DNA of 64,000 nt, from assembly GCA_029570375.1 (NCBI GenBank), contig JAKPXB010000049.1, forward strand, positions 25,046 to 89,045, read 5' to 3'. The position numbers and the translations under genes are program-made. The notes beneath the pieces were generated by a model, which saw only the letters and a program-made list of their open reading frames with translations, was not told where the DNA came from and made no database searches. Positions 16,828 to 27,215 of this stretch are shown here, one piece after another (the first letter of the stretch is position 1; each line of letters starts with the position of its first letter). The stretch is from Bacillota bacterium. GTDB lineage: Bacteria > Bacillota > Clostridia > Saccharofermentanales > DTU023.

Positions 16828-17448
16828 ATGCCTAAACAGACATATTTCAATTTGTCAAAGCGAAGACAGGACGAAATAAGGCACACCGCCATGAATCTCT
16901 TTATCGAGCGGGAATATGAATCCATCGGTGTGCGCGAAATAGCCGCCGCGATCGGCGTTTCCGTCGGCTGCTTCTATAAATATTTCGAAGACAAGGATGA
17001 GATGTATCTTTATTTACTGTCAGATACAGAAAAGAAAATCAGCCTCGCTGCCGCTTCGGAAGGGTTGTCCTTTTTCCAGGGGAATACGACGCTTGAGTTT
17101 GAACGGTATCTCGACAGGACCGAATATTTTTTCAATTTGACATGGTATCGAATTCCTGTCTCGGTTTATTACAAATTCTATTTCAACGGGTACGCGGAAT
17201 ACGTCAATCCGTCGCTGATCAACGAACTGAAATATCTGGAATCAGAGCGGAAACTCAAACAGCATATCACAGTCGAGACAGCTCTTTACTGCATCACATC
17301 GTCGATGTTCAACTTCCTCATCTATATGAGAAAGCGAAAGCTGACCGACAATAAAGAAGAAATCGCGAAACATCGCAAATTTCTCTTCGAGAAACTCATA
17401 TTCCCCGCGATTCTCAACGAAGATTACTACCGAGCGCATTACCTCTGA
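16828..17448 (+). CDS. TetR/AcrR family transcriptional regulator
   Basis: N-terminal HTH: AMNLFIEREYESIGVREIAAAIGVSVGCFYKYFEDKDEMYLYL. A GGAG RBS is present. Confidence 0.85.
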   Translation: MPKQTYFNLSKRRQDEIRHTAMNLFIEREYESIGVREIAAAIGVSVGCFYKYFEDKDEMYLYLLSDTEKKISLAAASEGLSFFQGNTTLEFERYLDRTEYFFNLTWYRIPVSVYYKFYFNGYAEYVNPSLINELKYLESERKLKQHITVETALYCITSSMFNFLIYMRKRKLTDNKEEIAKHRKFLFEKLIFPAILNEDYYRAHYL

Positions 17449-17540
17449 AAAACATCTGTCTTTTTCGTTATCTGCTTGCCCTGCGACAGAGGATGCACCC
17501 GGAGAGAGGTATTTCTTCCACCGGTTAAATCTATACTGGG

Positions 17541-18302
17541 TCAGAAGCGATCGGCGAAACAGAGCCTTTTGAGGCCGAGAAGCGGGGCTGCTCCCGCGAT
17601 CGTCATGCCATAGAAATATGTCGGTTTTTCCAGATCGAGAAAATGAATCAGGGTCCCGTTGCATAGCGTACTGCCCGTGACGAGGAGAATATCCGGCCAG
17701 TCGTTCAGCCAGTCCCGGCTCATGGACGCGTTTCCATCCTCAATTTCAACACCGTGGTGAACCGTTCCGATATTCATCTCGTTTAAATCGAACACGCGGA
17801 GCTCGAACTTTTCGCTCAATCGCTGCAGCATCGCCGGCTGATAACCGATGAGCAGAACACGCCGTGGCCTGTGATCCTTTTCGATTCTGTCCGCCAGTGC
17901 GGCGGCACAGAGTTCGGGACCTTCGTCCCTGCAGTGAATCGCCGATCCGGCGAGTCCGAGTGAAGACATCACGGCGTTAAGCGTCGCGACGAAGAGCCCG
18001 GGCGCATGCAGATCATGCCGGAAATCGAGTTCGGTTATTTCGCGGAGCGTACCTCGAAAGTCAGAAGGGGCGTCGGTGAAAGCCTGTCCTTTTGTCCCGC
18101 GGTAATCTGCTTCGATGACCACTTCCTTCCCCGTTATGATGGGGAAATCACGGCGTTTGGTGTCCCCGATCGCTTCGCGCACGGTGAGTGTTTTTGCGCA
18201 TATGTCCACAGCGTCCGAATCAATTCCCTCTCGTTCGGTGATCGCACGAAAACGGCTCGTCAGGAATTGAAAAAGGTCGTCGCGGCCTTCAAATCTGTTC
18301 AC
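17541..18302 (-). CDS. DUF364/DUF4213-like Rossmann-domain protein (putative metal-chelation family)
   Basis: The C-terminal region ILLVTGSTLCNGTLIHFL resembles the DUF364 TGSTLVNGT motif. GTG start with an AAGGAG RBS. It overlaps the upstream ABC ATPase gene by 14 nt. Confidence 0.55.
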   Translation of the reverse strand: MNRFEGRDDLFQFLTSRFRAITEREGIDSDAVDICAKTLTVREAIGDTKRRDFPIITGKEVVIEADYRGTKGQAFTDAPSDFRGTLREITELDFRHDLHAPGLFVATLNAVMSSLGLAGSAIHCRDEGPELCAAALADRIEKDHRPRRVLLIGYQPAMLQRLSEKFELRVFDLNEMNIGTVHHGVEIEDGNASMSRDWLNDWPDILLVTGSTLCNGTLIHFLDLEKPTYFYGMTIAGAAPLLGLKRLCFADRF

Positions 18303-19098
18303 TGTTTATTTCTCCTTTGTCGCAAATATCACAAAAACGATCAGCCACCTTGAGTCCGAGAAATGAGGAGACATCGTCTTCATACTGCCCCTGTAATAAA
18401 GTCGAGGCCGATGCGACGAGTCTCAGCTTCCCGTCGAGGAGAACAGCGACGCGATCGGCGAACCGAATCGCCTCATGAAAATCGTGTGTGACAAAAAGTA
18501 TCGTACAGCCGATCGTGCGCCAGATCCGGTCGAAATGGCGGTACATATCCTCACGCGTCGCGCGGTCAAGAGCCGAAAACGGCTCGTCAAGCAGGAGCAG
18601 CCGCGGCTTCTGAATGATCGCGCGGGCAAGCGCCGTTCGCTGCGCCTCTCCCCCGCTAATCTGATGCGGGTACTGATCCTGAATCCTTCCGATATTGAAA
18701 ATATCCAACATATGGCGGACATCGCGCTCTATCTCATCCGGCGGTCTTTTTAGGCTGACCGGCCCAAAAGCGATATTTTCCTTAACTGTCAGGTTCGGAA
18801 ACAGCGCGTAATCCTGATAGACAAACCCTATCCCCCTTTCCTGCGGCTTGATCGACCGGACATGATGCCCGAACAGAAGAACCTCCCCTGTCTCCTCCCG
18901 CAATCGGCCGGCGATCGTCTCCAGAAGCACTGTTTTGCCGGCACCCGTCTTCCCGAGCACGCAGAAGCGCTCTCCGTCCATTATATTAAGACTGATATGG
19001 TCGAGAATAAACTGGCCGCGCTTGACGCACACATCGCAGAGCGAAACGGCGCTTTCTCTGGTTTCCAACGTGCTGGCGGTGCGCCCTTCCTGGTTCAT
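18289..19098 (-). CDS. ABC transporter ATP-binding protein (molybdate/tungstate/sulfate type)
   Basis: Walker A GKTGAGKT, signature ISGGEAQR and Walker B LLLDEP. Strong AAAGGAGGGAGA RBS. It has a 4-nt overlap with the permease gene. Confidence 0.8.
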   Translation of the reverse strand: MNQEGRTASTLETRESAVSLCDVCVKRGQFILDHISLNIMDGERFCVLGKTGAGKTVLLETIAGRLREETGEVLLFGHHVRSIKPQERGIGFVYQDYALFPNLTVKENIAFGPVSLKRPPDEIERDVRHMLDIFNIGRIQDQYPHQISGGEAQRTALARAIIQKPRLLLLDEPFSALDRATREDMYRHFDRIWRTIGCTILFVTHDFHEAIRFADRVAVLLDGKLRLVASASTLLQGQYEDDVSSFLGLKVADRFCDICDKGEINSEQI

Positions 19099-19907
19099 TC
19101 TCCCTCCTTTTTCTCTTTACCGATCAGATTGGATATGAACAACGACAGAGCGGAAACGAGCAGCATGATGATCGCAATGGACATCGCCATATTCGTATTG
19201 CCCGTGGAGACAGCGAGATAGATCGCTCCCGGAAGCGTCTCCGTCTTCAACCGCGTAATCCCAACTAGCATCAGTGTCGCGCCGAACTCGCCCATCGCGC
19301 GCGAAAAAACTGTGATAAACGCCGTTGTCAGGGATCGACGCGCGTTCGGGAGAACGATCCTGAAAAAATAGCGCATTTCAGACGCCCCCAGCGCGTACGC
19401 AATGAACTGCCACCGCTGGTCAAGACTCGCGAAACCGGTCCGGGCGAGGCGGATGGCAAAGGGGAGATTGACTGTCAGCTGCGCGAAGACAATACCGACA
19501 GATGTAAACACAACCTTCACGCCCATGCTTTCGAGCAGACGCCCCACCGGTGAAGAGAACAGGATGAGCAGTGCGATCCCGATCAGAATATACGGAAGCG
19601 AAAGCGTAAGTTCGAGCATTATTTCGATGAATTTTTTGCCGCGAAAATCGACGTAGGTGAGCGCATAGGCCACCGGGACCGCGAGAAAAAGGCAGAGTGA
19701 TGTCGAAATGAAAGCGGTTGTCGAGGAGAGGCGTAACGCAAACAAAACCTCTTTATCCGCGATCGCATCGCCGAAGTGTACGGCTCCTCCGTAGACAATG
19801 GCGCCGATCGCGGACACAATATAGATCAGAACGAAAATCGTGACAGCACAGGAGAAGCGGGAAAAATGCCCCTTTCTCAAACGTTTTTCCGGTCGTTCCC
19901 GATGCAT
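19095..19907 (-). CDS. ABC transporter permease (ModB/CysTW-type)
   Basis: Six-helix BPD-type permease with the loop ALGASEMRYFFRIVLPNARRSL. Confidence 0.8.
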   Translation of the reverse strand: MHRERPEKRLRKGHFSRFSCAVTIFVLIYIVSAIGAIVYGGAVHFGDAIADKEVLFALRLSSTTAFISTSLCLFLAVPVAYALTYVDFRGKKFIEIMLELTLSLPYILIGIALLILFSSPVGRLLESMGVKVVFTSVGIVFAQLTVNLPFAIRLARTGFASLDQRWQFIAYALGASEMRYFFRIVLPNARRSLTTAFITVFSRAMGEFGATLMLVGITRLKTETLPGAIYLAVSTGNTNMAMSIAIIMLLVSALSLFISNLIGKEKKEGE

Positions 19908-19936
19908 TGGCCGATCGTCAGGCTTGTCTTCCGACG

Positions 19937-20689
19937 CTAATCGACGCCCTCTGCGAGCTCATAGCCGAACTTCATCCAGATCTCTTTCGCCTCCTGTGAA
20001 CGCAGGAATTCGTCCAGTTCTTTCACTGCGGGGCCGTCGCCCGCGGATGTCAGCTTCGCCAGAGGAACGACCTTGATGTATTTATCCATTCCCGCGATGT
20101 CGGCTATTGACATTTTTTCCGGATCGATGTTTTCTTTCCAGACGATGACAGCATCCGCCTGTTTATTCTCGAGAATAATCGCCATCTGCGGAGCCGTTGT
20201 TGTCTTGGAAAGAATGTTGACTTTATCGTCAATGCCGTTCTCCTTAAAGATCGCCATCGCAATTTTTCCGATCGGAGTCGCTTCGGGATCGCCGATCACA
20301 AGGCCCACACCTTCCTTCTCCAGATCGGCGAATTCCCTGATATCCTTCGGGTTTCCCTTCTGAACCCCGACAACGGGAATATGCTTCACGAGATCACGGG
20401 ATTCCGCGACTTTGTCTTTGATCGGCTCGAGCTCATTCTTCGCTCCCGCGACGAAATAATCGCCCTTACCCGTTGTATTGATCTGTGTCTGCGCCTGCAC
20501 CGCGTTGACATACACAACCTCAATCGGATGGCCCGTCTTCTCTTTAAATGCTTCCTCAATTTCCTTGAACGGCTTAGCCATACCGGCGCCGCAGTAAACC
20601 ATGACGGCGTCGTGAGCGCCATTTTGACCGCATGCCGCGAGCACGGTGATGGAAAAAACAAACAGCAGTACCAGGCATATTTTTTTCAT
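19937..20689 (-). CDS. Oxyanion (molybdate/tungstate-type) ABC substrate-binding lipoprotein
   Basis: Lipobox VLAACG. The ModA-like N-terminus reads VMVYCGAGMAKPFKEIEEAFKEKTG. An AGAGGTG RBS is present. Confidence 0.7.
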   Translation of the reverse strand: MKKICLVLLFVFSITVLAACGQNGAHDAVMVYCGAGMAKPFKEIEEAFKEKTGHPIEVVYVNAVQAQTQINTTGKGDYFVAGAKNELEPIKDKVAESRDLVKHIPVVGVQKGNPKDIREFADLEKEGVGLVIGDPEATPIGKIAMAIFKENGIDDKVNILSKTTTAPQMAIILENKQADAVIVWKENIDPEKMSIADIAGMDKYIKVVPLAKLTSAGDGPAVKELDEFLRSQEAKEIWMKFGYELAEGVD

Positions 20690-20895
20690 ATGATCTGCAC
20701 CTCTTTTCTCTTATGGCCTGAAACGATTAAGCAGGAGCACAATGTCTACCGCGTGGGAATCCGGGCGACGCGTAAATATCCGATTACACGCCTCATTCAA
20801 TGCGAGAGCATTGCGCCGTGTTGCGAATATTATAATAATAACATTCGCCGGATTTTCCCGCAACTTACAGTCAGACCGGTAAGCCGGCAAGGAAT

Positions 20896-20942
20896 AAAAA
20901 AAAGAACGGTCCTCTCGTTTGCTCTGCCGAAAGAACCGTTTC
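20896..20942 (-). terminator. Rho-independent terminator after the M18 aminopeptidase gene
   Basis: On the minus strand, AACGGTTCTTTCG / CGAGAGGACCGTT forms a stem of about 13-14 bp (including G-U pairs) with loop GCAGAGCAAA, followed by T8. Confidence 0.8.
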
Positions 20943-20966
20943 TGTAGTGAAAATTTACGCCTGAAC

Positions 20967-22439
20967 CTATTCCCGCATTTTCTCGAAGAATACCTTGTAG
21001 GCGATGTACGTCTTGTAGACGTCGATCTTGCTCGTCAATTCAAAGCAGGAGTGCATGGAGAGGACAGGTACACCGCAGTCGATGACAGACATGCCGAGAT
21101 CAGCCTGGTAAATCGCGACGGTACCGCCGCCTCCCTGATCGACCTTGCCGAGTTCGCCGCACTGCCAGGGTATGCCGCTGTCATCGAGCAGCCTTGTGAC
21201 TTCATTGAAGAACTCGGCGTTTGCGTCCGATGTACCGCCTTTTCCGCGCGCGCCGGTATATTTGTAGAAAGCAATCCCGCGCCCGGCGTAGCTGTGGTTC
21301 AGAGGATCGGATACCGATGAAAAAGTCGGATCAAATGCCGCGGCGACATCGGATGAGAGCATCGCTGATTTTTCAATCTGGTCCTGCAGTTCGATGGCCG
21401 AAGGCTCCCGACCGAGGATAGAGCGCACCATACGCTTCTGCACTGAGGGGAACAACTGCGAGCGCGCTCCTGTGACACCGCCTGAGCCGGTCTCCTCTTT
21501 GTCGTACAGCACGACCATCGCTGTGCGTTTCGGTGTTGTCCGAAGATCGATAAGCGCTTTCAGCGCCGTATAAGCGCAGACGCGGTCATCCTGACCGTAT
21601 CCGCCGACAAATGAGCGGTCAAGCCCTACACAGCGCGCTTTCGCCGCAGGGACAATCTCAATTTCCGCTGTCACCAGATCGCGCTCAGCAACGCCGTATT
21701 TTTCGAAAAGCAGTTGAAGGACGCCGAGCTTGAAGCGCTCTTTTATTTCGTCCCCGCCGGGGAAAGGAATACTCCCGATCAGGACATTGAGTTCCTCGCC
21801 CGTCACGACCTCAGACGCTTTCTTCTGCATCTGATCCGCGCCGAGATGCGGAAGCAGATCGGTAATCGTCAAGACCGGGTCTTCAGGGTCTTCACCGACA
21901 CGGAGTTTAACTGTCGTGCCGTCTTTCAGGATCACCACGCCGTGCAGTGCAAGTGGGAGCGCTACCCATTGGTATTTTTTAATGCCGCCGTAATAATGCG
22001 TTTTCAGAAGCGTTAAATCACTGGCTTCGTACATCGGATTTGTCTTGAGATCGATCCGAGGCGAATCGATATGGGCTCCTACAAGATTAAAGCCTTCGAG
22101 CGGATCGCCCGATCCGATGACTGCCGCGATGAGCGCCTTCCCGTGGAGGATCTCATACACGCGGTCACCCGGTTTAAGCGGTTCGCCTGCAATGAAACGC
22201 TTAAAGCCGTGCTTATCCAGAAGTCTCTCCGTATAGTCCGTAAACTCGCGTTCCGTCTTTCCTTCATTCAACGCCTCTTTATAGGCTTCACTGAAATCCA
22301 TGATGGATTTCATTTCATCCTCATCCTCAGGGTTCCAGAGGTTCTTGAAAGAAAAAGTCAGCTCTTTACGAATTTTGTCCGCTCTGTCTTTCGCTTCATC
22401 CACCACATCGTTTACATTCAACTCTCGTTCGCCGCTCAT
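20967..22439 (-). CDS. M18-family aminopeptidase
   Basis: FNLVGAHIDSPRIDLK and overall M18 (aminopeptidase I-like) organisation. The length is 490 aa. Confidence 0.8.
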   Translation of the reverse strand: MSGERELNVNDVVDEAKDRADKIRKELTFSFKNLWNPEDEDEMKSIMDFSEAYKEALNEGKTEREFTDYTERLLDKHGFKRFIAGEPLKPGDRVYEILHGKALIAAVIGSGDPLEGFNLVGAHIDSPRIDLKTNPMYEASDLTLLKTHYYGGIKKYQWVALPLALHGVVILKDGTTVKLRVGEDPEDPVLTITDLLPHLGADQMQKKASEVVTGEELNVLIGSIPFPGGDEIKERFKLGVLQLLFEKYGVAERDLVTAEIEIVPAAKARCVGLDRSFVGGYGQDDRVCAYTALKALIDLRTTPKRTAMVVLYDKEETGSGGVTGARSQLFPSVQKRMVRSILGREPSAIELQDQIEKSAMLSSDVAAAFDPTFSSVSDPLNHSYAGRGIAFYKYTGARGKGGTSDANAEFFNEVTRLLDDSGIPWQCGELGKVDQGGGGTVAIYQADLGMSVIDCGVPVLSMHSCFELTSKIDVYKTYIAYKVFFEKMRE

Positions 22440-22503
22440 TGGGGTGATCCTTTCTCATCGCCGGAACCGGCCGCTGCGCTTCCGGTTCTCAGGCTTTTAT
22501 GCA

Positions 22504-22962
22504 TTACTGTTCAGCGCATGTACAGTTCTCATGGTCCTCGTGTTCACACACTTCCAGAAACGCGAGTTTCGCTTTTCTCTCAGGCGTCATGAGCCCCTGG
22601 CGCGTATAATAGTCATTCAGCGCCTTCTTGATCGACTGCTCGGCGAGAACGGAACAGTGCATCTTGACCGCGGGCAGTCCGTCGAGCGCTTCCGCTACCG
22701 CCTTATTCGTAATGTCAAGCGCTTCATCTGTCGTCTTGCCGATAATCATTTCCGTCGCCATGCTTGAGGAAGCGATGGCGGACCCGCAGCCAAATGTCTT
22801 AAATTTCGCGTCAACGATGACATTGTCCTCTATTTTTAGATCCATTTTCATGATATCGCCGCAGACAGGATTCCCGACAGTTCCTGAAGCCGTCGCGTTT
22901 TCGATTTCGCCCATGTTCCGGGGGTGCATAAAATGGTCTAAAACTTTTTCACTGTATTGCAT
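22504..22962 (-). CDS. nifU: Fe-S cluster scaffold protein NifU/IscU
   Basis: Motifs GNPVCGDIMK, FKTFGCGSAIASSS and HCSVLAEQ supply the three cluster-ligand Cys. I took the start at ATG 22962 with an AGGAGG RBS. Confidence 0.9.
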   Translation of the reverse strand: MQYSEKVLDHFMHPRNMGEIENATASGTVGNPVCGDIMKMDLKIEDNVIVDAKFKTFGCGSAIASSSMATEMIIGKTTDEALDITNKAVAEALDGLPAVKMHCSVLAEQSIKKALNDYYTRQGLMTPERKAKLAFLEVCEHEDHENCTCAEQ

Positions 22963-23067
22963 GTTAGTCCTCCTGTTCGGATAACGGTCAGCCCTGATCA
23001 GATCCTGCACTATTATACAGAATATTCATTGACGCGGGAATCCCGTTTATTGCGCTGGTCCCGCCAG

Positions 23068-24351
23068 CTAATCAAGGTTGTATTGCCCCTCGATCCTGAT
23101 ATCCGTGCCGCCTTTTTCGGGGATCAGCGGGTGCAGTTTTCCGCGCTTGAAATCGGAGTAAAGAGGAGACATGTCGCGCAGCCGCTCAACGATCAGGGGC
23201 AGATCGAGAAGGAACCGGTCCACCTGCTCTTCCGTTGAGTCGATGCCGAGCGTGACGCGGAGAGACCCGTGGGCGATCTCCGCAGGCATCCCGATCCCCA
23301 ACAGCACATGGGACGGATCAAGAGACGCGGATGTGCAGGCAGACCCACTGGAACAGGCATACCCGAGAGAATCGAGCAGAAGCAGAATTGATTCCCCTTC
23401 AATGAATTCGAATGAGAAATTCGCGTTGTTCGGCAGCCGCCTGGTCGGATGCCCGTTCAGTTTCGCGTGCGGGATACGCTCAATGACACCGCGGATCAGC
23501 CGGTCGCGCAGCGCCGCCTGCCTTACTGATTCGTGTTCCATGTCGGCCACCGACATCTGAAGCGCTTTCGCGAATCCCGCGGCAAAGGCCGCATTCTCCG
23601 TCCCCCCGCGCTGCCGGCGCTCCTGCGCTCCTCCGTCGATCAGGCGGTCGATCCGGAGACCTTTCCGCTTGTACATCAAGCCGATCCCTTTGGGAGCGTA
23701 CAATTTATGCCCGGAAAACGACATCATATCGCAGTTGAGATCGCGCGGATGAACGGGAATCGCCCCCAGCGCCTGGACGGCATCAGAATGAAAAAGAACA
23801 CCTTTTTCGCGGCAGATCGCGCCGATCTCGCGGATGGGAAGGATCGTTCCGATTTCGTTATTCGCCATCATGACCGAGACGAGAATCGTATCCGGCCTGA
23901 TAGCCGCCCGGACTTTTTCCGGATCGAGAAGGCCTGTGTAATCGACATCGAGGTAGGTCACTTCAAAGCCCTGTTTTTCCAGCGCTTCCATCGAATGAAG
24001 AACAGCGTGGTGTTCGATCGTCGTTGTGATCAGGTGGCGCCCTTTCCCCTGGCGCGCGTACGCTGTCCCCTTGATCGCCCAGTTGTCAGATTCCGTACCG
24101 CACGAGGTGAAAAACACCTCTTCCGGCAGAACTTTCAGCCCGGCGGCAATTTCCGCCCTCGACTCTTCGAGCAGTCTGACCGCCCTGTGCCCTTCCTCGT
24201 AAAAGGAAGAGGGATTGCCATATGTGTCCTGAAGCGCTTTTGCCACGATTTCGATGACTTCCGGCCGTGGCTGTGTCGTGGCGGCGTGATCAAAATAAAC
24301 GCGAGGCAGACTCATTGACTCGCGCAGACGTTCTTCAAAAGTTATACTCAT
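23068..24351 (-). CDS. nifS: Cysteine desulfurase NifS
   Basis: VYFDHAATT, PLP-Lys context FSGHKLYAPKGIG and active-site loop SSGSACTS. An alternative start exists at 24315. Confidence 0.9.
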   Translation of the reverse strand: MSITFEERLRESMSLPRVYFDHAATTQPRPEVIEIVAKALQDTYGNPSSFYEEGHRAVRLLEESRAEIAAGLKVLPEEVFFTSCGTESDNWAIKGTAYARQGKGRHLITTTIEHHAVLHSMEALEKQGFEVTYLDVDYTGLLDPEKVRAAIRPDTILVSVMMANNEIGTILPIREIGAICREKGVLFHSDAVQALGAIPVHPRDLNCDMMSFSGHKLYAPKGIGLMYKRKGLRIDRLIDGGAQERRQRGGTENAAFAAGFAKALQMSVADMEHESVRQAALRDRLIRGVIERIPHAKLNGHPTRRLPNNANFSFEFIEGESILLLLDSLGYACSSGSACTSASLDPSHVLLGIGMPAEIAHGSLRVTLGIDSTEEQVDRFLLDLPLIVERLRDMSPLYSDFKRGKLHPLIPEKGGTDIRIEGQYNLD

Positions 24352-24532
24352 GTCTCGTGTAGACCTCGCTCTGTCTCATAGGGGTTGCCCTATTCGCCAT
24401 TCCTGTATACATACAAGGTTATTGTCGAATAAAAACGGCCGTTTAACAGTCTCGAATGTTACCGCGTGCACAATCCCAGAGTCCGTTCCTCTGAGACGAA
24501 TCTCAGGCGCATTGTTCAATGACCGCGATCTG

Positions 24533-25876
24533 TTATTTTTCCGCCCGGGAGCGCAGTTCCCCGCGCAGATGATTCACGTAGTTCATCCATTCGGCGATTT
24601 TCTTCTCGTAGCCGATTTCTTTTGCCTCATAATAGACGGATCCGAGAATCTCGTCGGGCAGAAATGTCTGGGCGGAAACACCGGACGGGAAATCGTGGCT
24701 GTACTCATACCCTTCACCGTAGCCGAGGTCTTTCATCCCTGCGGCCGGCGCGTTCCGGAGGTGGAACGGAACCTCCCCCGTGTCACGGTTCGCGATATCC
24801 GCCATCGCTTTTTCGACCGCGAGATAGGCGCTGTTTGATTTCGGACTCGTCGCCACCGCGATAACCGCCTCAGACAGGATGATGCGCGCCTCCGGCATGC
24901 CGACCATGACCGCAGCCTGCCATGCATTCAACGCGATCGACAGCATTTGAGGATTGGCGAGCCCCACATCCTCCGCCGCCGCGATGACAATACGCCGCCC
25001 GAGGAAATTCAGATCTTCTCCCCCCTGCAGCGCGCGCGCCAGATAAAAAACGGCGGCGTCTGGATCGCTGCCGCGCATCGACTTTATCATCGCGGAAATG
25101 TTGTCGTAATGCTGCTCGCCGTCACGGTCATAGCGCGCTATTTTTTTCTGCATCGAGTCGACGACTGTTTCTCTCCTGATCGCAATCACGCCACTCCCGT
25201 CGGGAGGAGTCGTCATAGCGGCCAGTTCAAGTCCATTGAGGGCGATACGGGCATCGCCGCTCGCCAGATCCGCGATCATACCGAGCGTATCGTCGTCGAT
25301 GTCAATGGAAAGCGACCCAAGGCCGCGCTGTTCATCGCCAATCGCGCGTTTCATGATCTCTATTATGTCTTCCCGCGTGAGCGGATACATCTGAAAAACG
25401 GTGGAGCGCGAAACAAGCGCCTTATTCACCTGAAAAAAGGGATTCTCCGTCGTCGCGCCGATCAGAATCAGACGTCCGCTTTCTACGGAAGGGAGCAGCG
25501 CGTCCTGCTGCGCTTTATTGAAACGATGAATTTCGTCGATAAACAGAACTGTGCGGCCGCTCGGTGTCAGGAGAGGGTTCTCCGTGTCGGCGATGACCGC
25601 TTTGATATCGGCGACACCGGATGTCACCGCGTTGAGTTTTCTGAACTGCGAACTCGTCGATTCGGCGATGACGCGCGCGAGAGACGTCTTTCCCACGCCG
25701 GGCGGTCCGAAGAAAATGATAGAGGACAGGCGGTCCGCCGTGATCATGCGCCACAGCATTTTCCCTTCCTCAAGGATATGGCGCTGGCCGACAAAATCGG
25801 CCAGCGTCGACGGCATCATGCGAAAGGCGAGCGGCTGCTGCCACTTACCGCTGATTGTGTCACTAACCGAGGTCAT
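24533..25876 (-). CDS. rarA: Replication-associated recombination protein A (RarA/MgsA AAA+ ATPase)
   Basis: Walker [14 protein letters not shown] and Walker [13 protein letters not shown], plus the C-terminal MgsA domain. I chose the start at ATG 25876, which overlaps the glyA end by 14 nt. Confidence 0.85.
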   Translation of the reverse strand: MTSVSDTISGKWQQPLAFRMMPSTLADFVGQRHILEEGKMLWRMITADRLSSIIFFGPPGVGKTSLARVIAESTSSQFRKLNAVTSGVADIKAVIADTENPLLTPSGRTVLFIDEIHRFNKAQQDALLPSVESGRLILIGATTENPFFQVNKALVSRSTVFQMYPLTREDIIEIMKRAIGDEQRGLGSLSIDIDDDTLGMIADLASGDARIALNGLELAAMTTPPDGSGVIAIRRETVVDSMQKKIARYDRDGEQHYDNISAMIKSMRGSDPDAAVFYLARALQGGEDLNFLGRRIVIAAAEDVGLANPQMLSIALNAWQAAVMVGMPEARIILSEAVIAVATSPKSNSAYLAVEKAMADIANRDTGEVPFHLRNAPAAGMKDLGYGEGYEYSHDFPSGVSAQTFLPDEILGSVYYEAKEIGYEKKIAEWMNYVNHLRGELRSRAEK

Positions 25877-27107
25877 CGTAGAGCGGATATCGGCCGCACA
25901 GGGCGGCAACGCGCGCACGGATCTCATCCTGCTTCTCTTCAAAGTCCGTTATCGCGAGCGCAATCAGCGCGGCAATTTCACGCATATCATCGCCATCCAT
26001 GCCGCGCGTTGTGACAGCCGGCGTCCCGAGGCGGAGCCCCGATGTCACCATGGGAGACTCCGTCTCAAACGGCACCGTATTCTTGTTTGCCGTAATATTG
26101 ACTTCATCAAGTCTCTCCTGCAGCTCCGCGCCTGTCACACCCGTCCCCTTCAGATTGACGAGCAAAAGGTGTGTATCGGTGCCGCCGGCGACGAGCCTGA
26201 CCCCGTTGTCGATAAGCGCCTCACCGAGTATGCGCGCGTTGTCGACAACGCGCTTCTGGTACTCCTTGAAAGAAGGCTGGAGAGCCTCATGGAAGGCAAC
26301 CGCCTTCGAAGCGATAACATGCATCAGCGGGCCGCCCTGAATGCCTGGGAATACAGCCGAATCAATTTTTTTTCTGTATTTTTCTTTACAGAGGATAATA
26401 CCGCCTCGCGGGCCGCGAAGCGTCTTGTGCGTCGTCGATGTCACAAAATCAGCGTACGGGACCGGATTCATATGGAGTCCCGCCGCGATAATACCGGCTA
26501 TATGGGCCATATCGACGAGGAGCAGCGCGCCGGCTTCATCCGCGATTTCACGGAACTTTGAAAAATCAATTTTGCGAGGATAAGCGCTGGCGCCGGTCAC
26601 GATCATCCTGGGCCTGACTTCGAGAGCACGGCGGCGGAGAACATCGTAATCGATCTGTTCTGTTTCTGCGGATACCTGATAAGACTCCGCGTGGAAATAC
26701 TTGCCGGAGATATTGATTCTCATCCCGTGCGTCAGGTGGCCGCCGTGAGAAAGATCAAGGCCGAGAATCGTATCGCCCGGATTGAGCATCGCGAAGTAAA
26801 CAGCGAGGTTCGCCGAAGCGCCAGAGTGCGGCTGAACATTGGCGTGCTCCGCTCCGAACAGCTCTTTAACGCGATCGATCGCGAGCTGCTCCACCACATC
26901 GACGTATTCACACCCGCCGTAATAGCGCTTGTTCGGGTAACCTTCCGCGTATTTATTGGTGAGAACAGACCCCATCGCCTCCAGGACAGCCAGGCTGACA
27001 AAGTTTTCTGACGCGATCAGTTCAAGCTTCGTTTTCTGACGATTCAATTCATCAAAGATCGTGTGATAGATCTCCGAATCTACTTTTTTCAAATGACTGT
27101 ACGGCAT
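25863..27107 (-). CDS. glyA: Serine hydroxymethyltransferase
   Basis: [12 protein letters not shown] site [13 protein letters not shown] took the start at ATG 27107 with a GAGGAGGAA RBS. Confidence 0.95.
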   Translation of the reverse strand: MPYSHLKKVDSEIYHTIFDELNRQKTKLELIASENFVSLAVLEAMGSVLTNKYAEGYPNKRYYGGCEYVDVVEQLAIDRVKELFGAEHANVQPHSGASANLAVYFAMLNPGDTILGLDLSHGGHLTHGMRINISGKYFHAESYQVSAETEQIDYDVLRRRALEVRPRMIVTGASAYPRKIDFSKFREIADEAGALLLVDMAHIAGIIAAGLHMNPVPYADFVTSTTHKTLRGPRGGIILCKEKYRKKIDSAVFPGIQGGPLMHVIASKAVAFHEALQPSFKEYQKRVVDNARILGEALIDNGVRLVAGGTDTHLLLVNLKGTGVTGAELQERLDEVNITANKNTVPFETESPMVTSGLRLGTPAVTTRGMDGDDMREIAALIALAITDFEEKQDEIRARVAALCGRYPLYDDLG

Positions 27108-27215
27108 AGATTCCTCCTCATTTTTTATGAATCGCACCACCGCTTATCCTAACATAACGGAGAGAGCATCACGAGGGTGAAATGCCCAAACAAGTAACAC
27201 TTAACACGTTCCGCG

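Noticed and set aside
20690-20895. A molybdenum-cofactor riboswitch upstream of the ModA-like gene.
   Set aside because: The leader is long enough, but I could not recognise the conserved Moco-motif sequence blocks. It needs a covariance-model scan (RF01055) to be sure.
24947-26561. Two long + strand ORFs (355 and 336 aa), antisense to rarA and glyA.
   Set aside because: They are shadow ORFs opposite well-supported genes. The same judgement applies to 15113-16048, 23533-24318, 35686-36387, 58770-59660 and 61120-62037.
27108-27215. A ZTP/THF-type riboswitch upstream of glyA.
   Set aside because: The spacer is only 108 nt, and no CCGCCTGGGC-like pseudoknot element or other conserved motif is visible.
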